DNA of 64,000 nucleotides. Origin: Utricularia gibba (lineage: Eukaryota; Plantae; Magnoliophyta). Both the position numbers and the translations under genes were made by a program. The notes beneath the pieces are model-generated. The model did no database searches and was not told the DNA's origin. It saw only the letters and a program-made list of their open reading frames with translations. The DNA is taken from positions 248,001 through 312,000 of the forward strand of contig NEEC01000025.1 in assembly GCA_002189035.1 (NCBI GenBank). The letters are read 5' to 3'. Shown here piece by piece: positions 24,094 to 36,931 of the stretch (position 1 is the first letter of the stretch; each line of letters begins with the position of its first letter).

Positions 24094-24587
24094 CTCAAAA
24101 AGTGTCCGTACGACTATCCACTAAAAAGAAAACTTTTTAAGTTTTGATTGAATAATTTCATAAAAAAATTTAAAATTTAAAAATATCAAATTTCAATTAT
24201 TATTTTTATTTTTCATAATATTTATATAAATAGATGGAAATGGATTAAAAACTCCATTTAAAAAACTAATTACCTATTTTCCATTTTCATTTATTATATT
24301 TAGAAAAATAGCATTTTATTTATTTTTGGGTTGGTTGGTTGCCATTCTGAATACAAGTTCCCTTTGAACCGGCAAGCGGGGAATCGTGTCGGTCTGGGAC
24401 CCACAGTTGTATTTATCTATTTATATAAAAAAATAAGGATGCTTTTTTATTCCTCACAGTTTCCTCGTGCTATTTTTTTCAAGGGTTAGCAGTCCTGATA
24501 CGTGTGTCTATATAACTCCTCCCTTCTTCTTCTTCTTCTACGTAATCCTAATCTCGGAGATACTTTTTTTTGTATGAAGAGCAGGCT

Positions 24588-25599
24588 ATGGCGTCCACGG
24601 GAAAGACGGATTCCGGCGTCCGAACAGCCTTCTCCAGAACCTGCAGCCTCCTCAGCCAGTACTCAAGGAGAATGGCGGATTCGGAGACCTCAGCAGCGGC
24701 CTGAATCCCTCCGCCGCGCTCGATACGAAAGGTGGGCTTTTGTGCATCTAATCCCTTTTCATCGGCCTCGATATTTGACTGTGATTTGGTGTTCAGAAAC
24801 GCTGGATTTGATGCCCAAGACGGAGAGGTCCCGGGAGGACTCAGCCTCTAGCGGCGGAGGAGCGTCGGTGAGGTATATGGTGGCGGAGAAAGGGAGCCAG
24901 ATGACTATCTTTTATGGCGGCGAGGTTAGAGTCTTCGACGGCCTACCGGCGGACAAAGCCGACGAAATCTTGACGATGGCCGGGAAGTTCAGCGCATTCC
25001 CCTCCGCCCTTCATCCCACCCCGCCGTCTCACGGCTCCGCCGTGAGCTGCCCGCCGTCTCTCCACCCCGTTCACGCCGTCCAGGAACCCCACTACGGCCT
25101 CTTTACGACCCCCACTTTTACCGGTAATTATTAATTACCGTTTATTTAATAGAAAATTTTGCAAGTAACTTGAATAAAAAATATCAAAATATTCATATTA
25201 ATTACAAAATAAAAACAATGAGACAAAAAAATATTTTTTTTCTATTAGGACATGCAATAATATCTTTTAGGCATGAGTTTTCACACTATTTTCAAGATAT
25301 TTAATACATACATTATATCAATTTTTACCAAATTAATACAAAATAAATATTCATATTTACTAAATTTGTTTTTACAGAATTGCCATTTGCAAGGAAATAC
25401 TCACTGGCTCGGTTCCTCGCCAAGAGAAAACATAGGTAGATATTTTTTTTGCCCTAGTTGTTTGTGTACGGACATATGAATGTATTATTAATTATATAAT
25501 ATATATTTTACTAGAATTTCCGTCAGCGCCCCGTACCAAGTGATCAAGCCGCCGCCGCGCCTGAGGAAGCCGTGGCTGGGATTAGCTCATCTTGATTAG
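24588..25599 (+). CDS. JAZ/TIFY repressor, JAZ1/2 (TIFY10) type, apparent -1 frameshift at ~24662
   Basis: N-terminal FSRTCSLLSQY(L)KENGGFGDLS, TIFY motif QMTIFYGGEVRVFD, Jas motif ELPFARKYSLARFLAKRKHR split by the Jas intron, and C-terminal APYQ...PWLGL. Confidence 0.9.
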
Positions 25600-26002
25600 T
25601 CACGCAATTTGATCATTGGGCGACTTAATTATTGCTTATTATTTAATGTTTATTTGATATTTCAGAAAATATTATATACATCCTCCAAGTCTCAAATATT
25701 AATTTTCTGCCTCAACCCCCAAAAGTAGCTTATCCGGATTGTGACTCCAATTTGTTGGATAATTCTTCTTTTAACCCCCACGTTTGGTTTAATAATAATA
25801 ATGGCAAATAAAAAATCCCTAAAACGAATTCAAAATGGAAAACAAGTGTACAAGGATTTCAATGTGGCTACGGCGTTTTTCTGCTTCTCCACTAGATCTG
25901 CGCTTTCTGGCGACGAATTCGGTTTTGGAGCTGAGCAATTAACCGATTTCAGGTAAGTTTTTGATACGGTTGAACAGAGGAGGTGTGGTCGCGTCCTTTT
26001 GT

Positions 26003-29000
26003 ATGGCGGATGCGGCGATTCCTGCAGCAGTTCTCCGTAATTTGTCAGATAAGCTCTACGAGAAGCGCAAGAATGCTGCTTTGGAGGTTCTTGAATCCTT
26101 TTCCTTATGTTTTTCGATGGTGTTTTGAGTGTCAGTTTGTGTTGGGGGGTTTTGGTTTTGTGCAATTGTCATTTTTTTCGTGTGTGAGTTTCGATTATTA
26201 GTAATGAAATCTCGATGTCTTGGGTTTCAGGTGGAAGGGATAGTTAAGCAATTAGCGCAGGCGGGTGATCATGATAAAATCGATGCGGTGATATATTTGT
26301 TGGCGAATGATTATACGTACTCGCCGCAAATGAATCATCGAAAAGTATGTTCTTCTGTTTGATGTTTCTCGAACACGGGCTGCCTTCTTTATATAAGATT
26401 GATTCTTAAAGTTGATTTTGAGAGTTTATTTGGTGAGCAGGAGAATTCTCATAAGCTAAACATCCATAGAAATCGATTCCACTACAAACTTTGGCTTTGA
26501 AAATCGATTTTACGACAAATTTTGATTTTGAAAATCGATTCTATATAGAGACATAGTTTTTTCCTTTGGCATGTTAGACGTATACTTTATGGAGGTTACG
26601 TTTCTTTATCTCTTGATTTAGGGAGGGCTAATTGGGTTGGCAGCAGCGACAGTTGGTTTGATGTCTGAGGCAGGACGTCATCTTGAAGTAATTTTCATTA
26701 TTTTTTTCGGTGCTTTCTTGATGGGGATCGACCTGGTTTTTTTTACATTATTATTTTGCTTATATGCATTTCTGTTTGTCATTAAATGTGTGGCCTTCTT
26801 TTTACAGTTAAAGCTGCAGCAGTTCCATTTCACTTGACAGAGATAACATACATAGTTTTTCTTTTGCGTTTCAGCAAATTGTCCCACCTGTGCTGAATTC
26901 ATTTGCTGATCAAGATAGCCGAGTTCGCTATTATGCCTGTGAAGCACTTTATAACATTGCAAAGGTCAATAATAGATTGTTTTGATTGTCTCCCATATGC
27001 CCTGGTTTTTACGTTTGACAATTTTGCAGGTCGTGAGAGGTGATTTTATAATTTTCTTCAACCAAATATTTGATGCGCTCTGTAAGCTTTCAGCGGATTC
27101 AGATGCGAATGTACAAAGTGCTGCTCATCTTTTGGATAGGCTTGTGAAGGTATTTGATAGTGTATATGTTTGTAGCGGCTTTATGTTATTAGTAAGAGTA
27201 TTGACTAACATTTTTCACTTTTGTGATGGGTATTCAGGATATTGTGACGGAGAGCGATCAGTTTAGGTTGACTTCATCTATTTCATGTTGTATAATGCGT
27301 TCCACTTCAATGAATTTCATGTTGGTTTTACTCGTTGTCAGTTTTTTATAAAATTCATTTTCCGTTTTACCTGGCACAGCATTGAAGAATTTATACCTTT
27401 ATTGAGAGAACGGATGAATGTCCTAAATCCTTATGTCCGTCAATTCTTGGTTGGCTGGATCACAGTTCTAGATAGTGTCCCTGATATTGATATGCTGGGG
27501 TTTCTTCCCGATTTTCTTGATGGTGGGCTTCTTCATTTTGGTTTTCATTTCGCGTAGTAATATATGCTGGTTTCATGCATGATGCTGAAATTGCAGGCTT
27601 GTTTAATATGTTAAGTGATTCGAGTTATGAGATTAGACAACAAGCTGATTCAGCCCTTTCTGAATTCCTTCAAGAGATCAAGAATTCTCCAGTAAGTTTT
27701 ATATTTTTGCTGGTCCGTTCATTCCTGTCCATAAAATGCCATATGCGAAGATACTTGTTGGAAGTTTGGTTATTCCTTCAATTAGTCCTTAAATATGGAA
27801 AATTAAAGCGCTACAGAACCCCCATCAAGGTCTGCAATACGAGGAAAACAATACTTTCCAGAGAGTTGTGCCATAAGTATATCAGTGATGGTATCAGTGG
27901 GGCCTGAGAGCGCATTAATTTTGGAATATGAGTCATCAAAAATAACATTTTCTTATATTTGCGTTTTGTGACTTTAGTGCAATTTTTGAAGTCTGTAGAT
28001 TATGGACGGATGGCTGAGATATTGGTACAAAGGGCAACTTCATCCAATGAATTTACTCGGTTGACAGCCATCACCTGGGTGAGTATGCATTTAGCTGCTT
28101 CTCCTGGGTTTTCTTATTGTGTATCGATCCTTGCAGTGATGTTTAATGTCCTTATTTTCAGATTAATGAGTTTGTAAAACTTGGTGGTGACCAACTAGTT
28201 CATCATTATGCTGATATTATAGGTGCAATTTTACCTTGCATCTCAGACAAGGAAGAGAAAATAAGATCTGTAAGCTTTTCATTTTGATTTTTAATTTCAT
28301 TGTAATGCATCTAGTATTTTTCTCCTTTCAGATTTTCATGATATGGCTCAAATAGGTATAGTGAGCATGGTACTGTGTAATGGTAGATTATCGTTTGCAA
28401 GTGCTTCCATTTTATATGTTTTTAATGCTGCATGGGCTTTAGCTGCAGTGATTCTAGTTTCTTCCTTCTCAATTTGCTGGCAATTCATGCACTCAGGGAT
28501 TTCATGTTTAGGTCGCTCGTGAGACAAATGAGGAACTTCGAGGAATTCAAGCTATACTTTCAGAAGAATTCAGTGTAGGATCCATTCTATCTGTGGCCAG
28601 GAGGTAAGCTGCATCAAGGAAGCAGTTTTAGTGAAGAGTATTTATAAGCTTAATTTTTATCTAGACTTGAAAGTTTCGACATACTTGACAGCTTCATGGA
28701 ATGTCCTGTTATGGCAGAGTGTTGTATAATACTTTGAACTTTTCTTCAACAGTCATTTATCTAGTGAGTGGGAAGCTACACGCATTGAAGCATTGCACTG
28801 GATGTTAACACTCTTGTTGAGGTATCGTGAAGAGGTAATCACAATGCCTTGAATTTTACATGTGATTATGTTTCATTAGCTGCAACCTCTGTGCCTTCTA
28901 TTAGCCTATACTTCTTGCTTGCATTTTCTTAGAAAAGTTGGTTTTCAATACATTGTGAAGGCAACCTATCATATGCTTATAGGAATTTTTGATGAAGTAA

Positions 29001-31002
29001 ATGCTCTAAAATTTGTGTTCCTGCTATCTATTTGACATGCTAAGAGGTTTTTGGGGTGCTGGTTTTTTTTTTGGGCCACGAATATCTAAATTTAATGTAG
29101 TTAATTGCTTGTTGAAGACGCTTCCTGTCAAAACATCTCTTTGGTCGTGGCTATAATCAATATTTTCCCCATCTTTATTGTGCAGGTGCTATCTTTTTTG
29201 AGTGATATTTTTGACACTCTTCTCAAGGCCCTTTCTGATCCATCCGAAGAGGTATATTATTATATTCATAAATTATTTCAAATGCTTAGTTGCTAGTGTG
29301 TCTTAACACGTGTTCCAGCTTTTCATGACTCTTTTTTTTAGTGTCTGATACAAGGTTTTGGGGTTCTCATACTTATCTTGCAGGTAGTTCTTTTGACACT
29401 CGAGGTGCATGCATGCATCGCGCACGATGAGATCCACTTTCCCAAGCTCCTCCTTTATTTGATCCAGAATTTTCGTGCTGACAACTCCCTTCTGGAGAAG
29501 TAAGGTTATTTTGGATGCTGATTATATGTTGCTTTGGACTCAGACAATCTTATGTTTGTAGACGGGGTGCTTTGATCATTCGTAAATTGTGTGTACATCT
29601 AGACGCTGAAGTTGTTTATAGAAAGCTGTCTGCTATTCTTGTAGAAGAGCCTGACTTGGACTTTGCATCAACTATGGTCCAGGTAGTTTATTTGTCATCC
29701 TGGTACATTGTTGTGATTTCCACAAGTATTTCAAGCGCTTTAGGCATGCTTCTCTACGCTGGGTCTTATTTCTTTTTCTTTACTTTTGATTTCCTTTTTC
29801 TAGGCGTTGAATCTGATTTTGCTGACATCGTCTGAGTTAGCTGGCTTGCGTGAGCTACTGAAGAAATCACTTTTTGATAAACCTGGGAAGGAGTTTTTCA
29901 ATGCCTTGTATGCATCTTGGTGTCACTCACCAATGGCTATTATAAGCCTCTGCTTGCTAGCTCAGGTGATGGGTTCATGCTGTGTGGGCACCTGCATAAA
30001 TTGCCTTATCTTTAAATTCTCTCCCTGCCTCATTAGTGGTAGTTATTTGGTATGCATCTCATCCGTGCACATAACTCTACAGATTTACCAGCACGCTAGT
30101 TCAGTAATTCAATCTTTAGTTGAGGAAGACATCAATGTGATGTTTCTAGTCCAGTTGGATAAGTTGATCTACCTTTTAGAGACGCCTACTTTTGCGTACC
30201 TTAGATTACAGGTAACTGGAATTGCCATATGACAGTGAATGCTTCCATTTTAGATTTTCATGTTTTCTGTTCACTGTTAATTGCTGTTTTTTTTCAAGTG
30301 TTCGCTCAAGACGTTTATTTTTTCTTTGCAGCTTCTAGAACCAGGAAAATACATGTGGTTGTTGAAGGCACTGTATGGTCTTCTCATGTTACTTCCGCAG
30401 GTGTCCATATGCTGCATGGTTTTCATATCCTGGACATTCAGCACTCAGTTCCGTTAATTAATGAGAGTTATCTTATTGTTGATGCAGCAAAGTGTTGCAT
30501 TCAAGATTCTCAGAACTCGATTGAAAACTGTGCCTCCATACTCTTTCAGTGGTGAAATATCCAGAGGATCTTCATCAGGCAATGCAACTTTTTATGGTGA
30601 GGATGGTGTGGTCAATGAGAATCAGTCCAATGGGCATGGAGAACTTAACTTCGCAGTGTGGTTGCGGCAGTTTGAGAAAGTTCAAGAGCATCACAGAGCA
30701 CACCGGAAGTCCTCCTCACTCTCTCGGACTGCTTCAGCTTCCAAGGTTTGTATTGCCCCTTCATTTCAGCCACGTTTCTGCTAAGACCCACGGTTTAGCC
30801 ACAGCGAGGGGGAGATCAATCGTTATCGATAACAACATTAGATAGAAACCGTTGTTCTTGGTTACATTGAATTGTTTATTCTTAGGACATCCAAAGCAGC
30901 GAGGAGCTGAAGCAGCAGCAGCACTCCCCACCTGTGGTTCCAGAACTGGGCATGCCTCTTCCAAGATCTTCATTTAGAGGTATCGGGCAGCCACGAATCT
31001 AA
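26003..31002 (+). CDS. VAC14: VAC14 scaffold of the PIKfyve/FAB1 complex (~20 exons)
   Basis: [90 protein letters not shown]. The stop is at 31002 or 31030 depending on a possible indel. Confidence 0.95.
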
Positions 31003-31503
31003 AGGCACTGCTGTTCCTACCTACATATGATTATTTACTATCCTTCTCAATGCCCAATCCATGGAGGTCGAAGCAGGCTCTGCTGTTCATTGTATATCCT
31101 TGTAGCTTTCCTTGATTCATTCTGGAAAAGGGGCTTGTACCTTTGATCTGGTGGTTTACTGGTTTTGTTGTGAACCACCAACTCGGGTGGAAGTAGTAAA
31201 ATTCCAGGATTTGTTCTCATTGCATCCGCAACAATTCTGCCAGGATGCTAATAATTGTGAGCACATTTCCCATGTTCGAGATATGAAAGCACGCAAAACC
31301 ATATAATTCTGTTGTGCTCAGTAAAATTGGAAACTAGCAACAGAGAAAGCAGTGCGTAACAAGGCATGCTGTTCAGTTGACTTCGTAGAATCATATAACT
31401 CAAATCTCAGAAGCTAGAAACACTCAGATTTAGAAGCAGGACAAGTCCCGTCTCCATACTGCTGACACGAGACTTGGGAAGGACGTTGCTCTTGGATCGA
31501 TCA

Positions 31504-31849
<346 letters not shown>

Positions 31850-31864
31850 TCCCGCAGACAGAAG

Positions 31865-31978
31865 AAACCCTAAACAAGAGCAAACAGAGAAAAGACCAGC
31901 CACTCAGCCAGTCACAAATCATTATATATGGTTTCAAATTGGGCGAGGCCCATTAAAACATCTCCGCAAGGGCCCATT
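31865..31978. promoter_or_regulatory. telo-box plus site II elements of RPS29
   Basis: AAACCCTAA at 31865-31873 and two GGCCCA elements near 31948 and 31972. This is the established ribosomal-protein promoter module. Confidence 0.7.
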
Positions 31979-32012
31979 TTCAACATTGGGTAGCAAATAA
32001 GTAACATAATCA

Positions 32013-32090
32013 TTTGACGTCATCTGTACTAAAATATTCAACTGGATTTAATAATCGAAATTATAATTTGACGTCATCTGTACTAAAATA
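32013..32090. repeat. perfect 24-bp direct repeat TTTGACGTCATCTGTACTAAAATA x2
   Basis: Copies at 32013-32036 and 32067-32090. Each contains palindromic TGACGTCA. Confidence 0.9.
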
Positions 32091-33312
32091 ATAACATAAA
32101 TTAAAATCGACTTATATTTTCCATTTTAATTAATAAATTTCCTAATTTAAAAAGTGGAGTAGATGACGTGGACACAATATGAATGGAACCCGTACTGTGA
32201 TTTTTGCCCGGGGGCAGTGGATGGGATCTAAATTTAGCTATCAGGGGAGGCCACGTGCGGTCGCAGTAGAACGGCGTCGTTTTCGGCCCCGGTCACATGA
32301 CTATACTCCATCCGTGTGACGTAGTAAAAGGGGTGAATATATTTTGGAATATTAATTGCTTTAAAAGTAATGTAAATACATTATATTTTTATACAATATT
32401 TTTTTAATTAAATTCAATTTATAGTTGGTGTGTTTCCCGATGGCATGTTGACCGGCGAGTAGACGATGAGTCGGAGTTGTGGTTCTGTGGAGGTCTACCG
32501 GGGAGGAGAGGGCGGTCCCGAGTGGCAAAAACGGGCTCTTTGGAAAGCGACGTGACCACTCGCGCTTTGTTACCTCAACAGTTCTCGACTTTGTACCAGC
32601 GTTTGGTTGTTCCCACCATGTCCTGCTCTGCTGCCTTTAATTATATGTTTTTTGTTTTCTCGAAACTACCGCTCTTTTATCTCCACTGTAAAAAAGGAGG
32701 GATGGGATCTCTGTTGCTTCCGCTGGGTGGAGTGGAGTGGCATCAGGCATGCCCTTTCGTTTTTACTTCTTTTTCCGCATCATCATCTTTCGAAACATCC
32801 TGACACAGCCGGTGCAGACCAAGTGTTTGATGAAATAAATGAACCATTTATTCTGGGTAACGCAGAGGATGGGATTTGCGCTCTTATTTACTCTCGCCAC
32901 TGCCATAGTGTTTGCTTACAGTTTGGGTATGCAACGCGTATATGGTTACTTGCATGTGTAGTTGCAGGTAATATGTGAGTTACGCCCCAATGCTGGGTTC
33001 GGTGACAGTAACTTTGTGGGTCTGCTGTGCCCTCTTTGGTTTGGACCCCATCTGTCATCCTCTGTAATTATTTATGTCCTCTGTCTTTTTTTTTTCCTTC
33101 TAAATGTTTGAGTGTGTAGTGTAGCTGTACCACTCCCATACCTAACAACAGCGCTCATTTCAACCATCTGTTTCCCTCTCTCACTGAAATCTCTGCGTTT
33201 TGTTTTGTTTTTTTCAAAATTAAAACTCAGAAAGATGACTTTTTTTAACTTCATAATGGCGTTTCTGAGCCTTTTCATCCAGTTTGAGAGGTGAAAACTA
33301 GTTGTCGCAGAA

Positions 33313-34649
33313 ATGACTGGTATGAGAGGTAACGGTCCTGTGCCGTCGCTGCCGCCTCCGCGGCCCAGATCACCGCCGGAGTATCCAGACTTGTATGGGA
33401 AACGGAAGGAGTTGGCTAAAGTTCAGATGCTCGAGAGGGAAATTGGTTTTCTAAGGGTATGTTTATTTCTTTTCTAAGCTCGTATTCTAGTTAAATAAAA
33501 TTCCTCAGACCTTAATCTTGTCTTTTAATGATTTTTTCCGACATAGTAAAGTACATAAGAACTCCACTTTAGCGTTAGTTTGACCCTGAATGGCAGTACA
33601 TTAATTTATTTTGTCATTTCTCTTTTCCTACTCAGTAATTTTGCATCAGTAGTCTTTAACCATGAAGTTTTGTACTGAGTAGGAGGAATTGAAATCCGTT
33701 GAGGTGCTTGAGCCAGCCTCAGTGTCATGTAAAGAGTAAGTCTTTTCTGTCCGAAGGTTTCAATATTGCAGTTTCTGACTAAGGGAATTCCTGTGGGTGT
33801 TTTTGGTCTGTTAAAATTCCATTCCCTCTGACGAAAGAATCCATTATTTTGACTTCACAGGATGGAGGAGTTCGTTACTGGAAATGTGGATCCTTTCATA
33901 CCTACGTGAGATCAGAAACAGATTTCATGTTTCACTCATAAAATAATGAACATGCGTACATAAGATATTTACTTGCGTGTCCTCTGCCTTTTAATGATGC
34001 ACCAGAACTAAGGCGACTCGAAGATCATGGTGCTTTTGGAAATGGATGTGGTAATTGCTTATGAATCATGTTTAGTCAGGCATTTTATCTCCAGTCCGTT
34101 TGCTCTAGAATCAGTTGGTTGATGTGAAAGTTCTGTTCTTTCTGCATCTGATGGACATGTGAGGAGATATGACATGCTGTATACAGATTCTGTCAATGAC
34201 ACATGTAGTGAATCGCTTGTTTCATGCCTAACTGTTGTCTGTTTTCCTGAAGCCGGCTGCCAAGATTAGTCATCTCGTGTGTGTGCTGCGGCGGTTGCTC
34301 CTCTCACACTGAGATTCAATGCTGCTGCAAGTGCAACAACATCAAGTGTGATCCCTGCTGCTGCAAGTGCAACAACATCAAATGTGATCCCTGCTGCTGC
34401 AAGTGTCACAACATCAAATGTGATCCCTGCTGCTGCAACACATGTGGCAGCTGCCCACTGCCGAGGTGCCATTGCTTCTCCTGTGGCAAGATCCGTTGCT
34501 GCAGGAAATCTGACTGCAGCGAGAGCTGCTGCCGTTGCTCAATTCCATCCTGCTCTTGCTTCAGTTGTAGCTGCTCCCCTAAATGCCCCAAGTTGAATTG
34601 CTGTCTTAATTTTTTTAAAGGCTGCTGCTACAATTGCTGCTTCTGTTAG
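33313..34649 (+). CDS. AGG3: type C heterotrimeric G-protein gamma subunit (AGG3/DEP1/GS3 family), 5 exons
   Basis: PSLPPPRPRSPPEYPDLYGKRKELAKVQMLEREIGFL, EELKSVE, DPFIP, WKWMC, followed by a Cys-rich tail ending CCFC. Confidence 0.92.
34320..34438 (+). repeat. 36-bp coding tandem repeat (CCCKCNNIKCDP) x3.3
   Basis: Units at 34320-34355, 34356-34391, 34392-34427 and a partial 34428-34438; near-identical at the DNA level. Confidence 0.92.
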
Positions 34650-34788
34650 TAAAACCATGCTTCAATCCTTGTAACCGTACATCATTTTGGTCGATTTTTT
34701 TTTCAATTTTGATCTAGTTTTAGCCAACACAGACAGTGTCACTGCAAACCTTCAAAGCAAGCAGATGAAAGAAATGCAGGGAGCTTTG

Positions 34789-36931
34789 TCAACCAGTGGG
34801 GTTGGAGTTTAGCCTGTGGAGGTCAACTATCTGGTAAAGATCCCCTCTGCGTTGCCTCTGGAATGGCAGATTTGTCCTGAAATGCAGCACAAGAGACACT
34901 CAGTGCAAAAGCTTAAGCAAGCAATCACATAGGAATATGATCACGAAGTGGCTTCCTGTAAGCATGATACCTTCTTTGCTCGATGAGGGAGTAGTCAATC
35001 TCTGATACCACAATTGCCTCATCATGTTCTGTGGTTGCAATCACCTCTCCAAACTGCAAGATCCAAGGTGCTTATTCGTCCTGCTATGGATGGATAATGA
35101 AAACTGCGTGTAAAATATCAAAACTCTCACAGGGCCAACGAGAGTAGAGTGACCCCAAGCCACATAACTGGAACTGCTGTCTCTAGCCGGAGAACAGGTT
35201 GCTACATAGAGCTGTCACACAAAAACCAACACCAGCAGTTGAACTTCATGAAACTTACAATTCCCCTTGATACTAGAGTGGCATGGTGTGATAAGGTGAT
35301 ACGTGTTTCGAAAGAGTAGAGGTAAAAATGGTTGCAGCCACAGCTGATCAGATTAAGCTATCATTGCCATGTTGTCGAAGTTATGATTCAGGAATCACAA
35401 GAACGAGAAAAGGGATGAATAGTACCTGGCAATCAACTGCCCTGCTCAAGCAAGAATCCATGTTAGCATGGATGATGCGAGAATACGGTGAAACCACATG
35501 GATTTAGTTATTACCTTGCACGCTGTAATAACTCCCAGTGAAGAGGGCCAGTAGTCATGTTAAAAGCACCAGGATAGCAAAGCAAGTGAGCACCTAAACA
35601 TTGTAACAGGAACGTCAGTAACACATGATCACGAATTCTTGCATTGAATAATTTCAGGGTACTCAGAAAGTATAGAAAATATGAAGCCAGTGTTCAATAC
35701 CTCTTGCTGCATATATAGCAGCTAGCTCTTGGAATCGAATATCGTAGCATATACCTATGCCAATGCGGCCAACATCTGACAAGAACATGCTGAGATTACA
35801 TATCAAGAGGCTAAAAACATCATATCATTAACATCTCAGCAAGGAAAAATTGTTATTCGATTAAATCACGAGAAGTGAAATGCAAGATTGGAACGAAATC
35901 CTAAACTGGTAATGCAAGTGTTAAACCTGTGTCCACAATGGTCGGAGTTGCCCCTGCAGTAAGTGTCTGGGATTCTTTGAACGTCATTTTACCAGGTATG
36001 TCGATGTCAAAGAGATGAATCTGCAGACATGAAGAAGGTAACCATGTCAACACAAGATCAGCTTATCAACCAGTGATCCACGCCTTAAAAGTTCATCTTT
36101 TTATGTTTTTTTTTCCAGACATAAAAGCGGATGGCTACCTTCTTGTGTTTAGCTTTAAGCTTCCCATCGGAGCCAAACACACAACAAGTGTTATATAATT
36201 TACCACCACTTCGTTCAGGTATGGATCCACCAACTATAGTGATCTGTAAGCGACCAGAAACTTCAGATAGCATTTCAGTTGAGGGAGATTCCACACCACC
36301 AGCCTCAATATCTTCAGCATACAGTGGAAAACTGTCGTTCGAATACGGACTATTCCATATTTCCTTACAGAAAAAGCAGCCAACGATTAATATACAATGT
36401 GCTACTAAGGCACAAGGCCGAAGGATGAATCGACTAACAGGAAGAAGAACAAGCGCAGCTCCCATCGTTGCAGCCTCCTCGATTACTTTGCGGGCATGAG
36501 ATATATTGCGTTCCTTGTCAGCAGTCACAGATAGCTGGCAAAGTGCAATCTTGAACTGAAAGAACCAAATGTAATTTCGTTATTCTACATAGGATTCCAA
36601 AAACTCTGTTCAATTACCACAAACTGAGAGCCGAAATCATGTTCAAAAGACTCGCCTTGGTTATAGGAGGGGTCGGTGGAGGAATAGCCGGAGGGACTCT
36701 AGCTTCTTCTGGCTTGAAATCGGAGCCCATTGCCGTGGAGATCGTCGCCGATGAACTCTTGCAAACCACTCCTCTGTACTGAAGCTGCCGCAAACTCCAA
36801 GCTCCGCCTGTGCAGATTTTGGTGGAGACCGAAGCGACGTGGGTGTGGAGGTATACAATTGAAGGGCGAATTCTGCACAAGTGAAGCGGACGCGAGAGCA
36901 TTTTCAATGGCTGAAACCATCGTTGCGTCAT
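34789..36931 (-). CDS. omega-amidase (nitrilase family, NIT2-like) with N-terminal transit peptide
   Basis: [20 protein letters not shown] (catalytic E), [14 protein letters not shown] (K), IGICYDIRF (C), AWGHS, QRRGDLY. In-frame ATGs at 36931, 36901 and 36730. Confidence 0.93.

Noticed and set aside
34266-34596. Ala-rich and Gln-rich ORFs overlapping the AGG3 tail
   Set aside because: They are alternative-frame by-products of the TGC-rich repeat.
34999-35010. CTCTGATACCA matching the tRNA-iMet 3' end / PBS
   Set aside because: It lies inside an omega-amidase exon (VVSEIDY), so it is coincidental.
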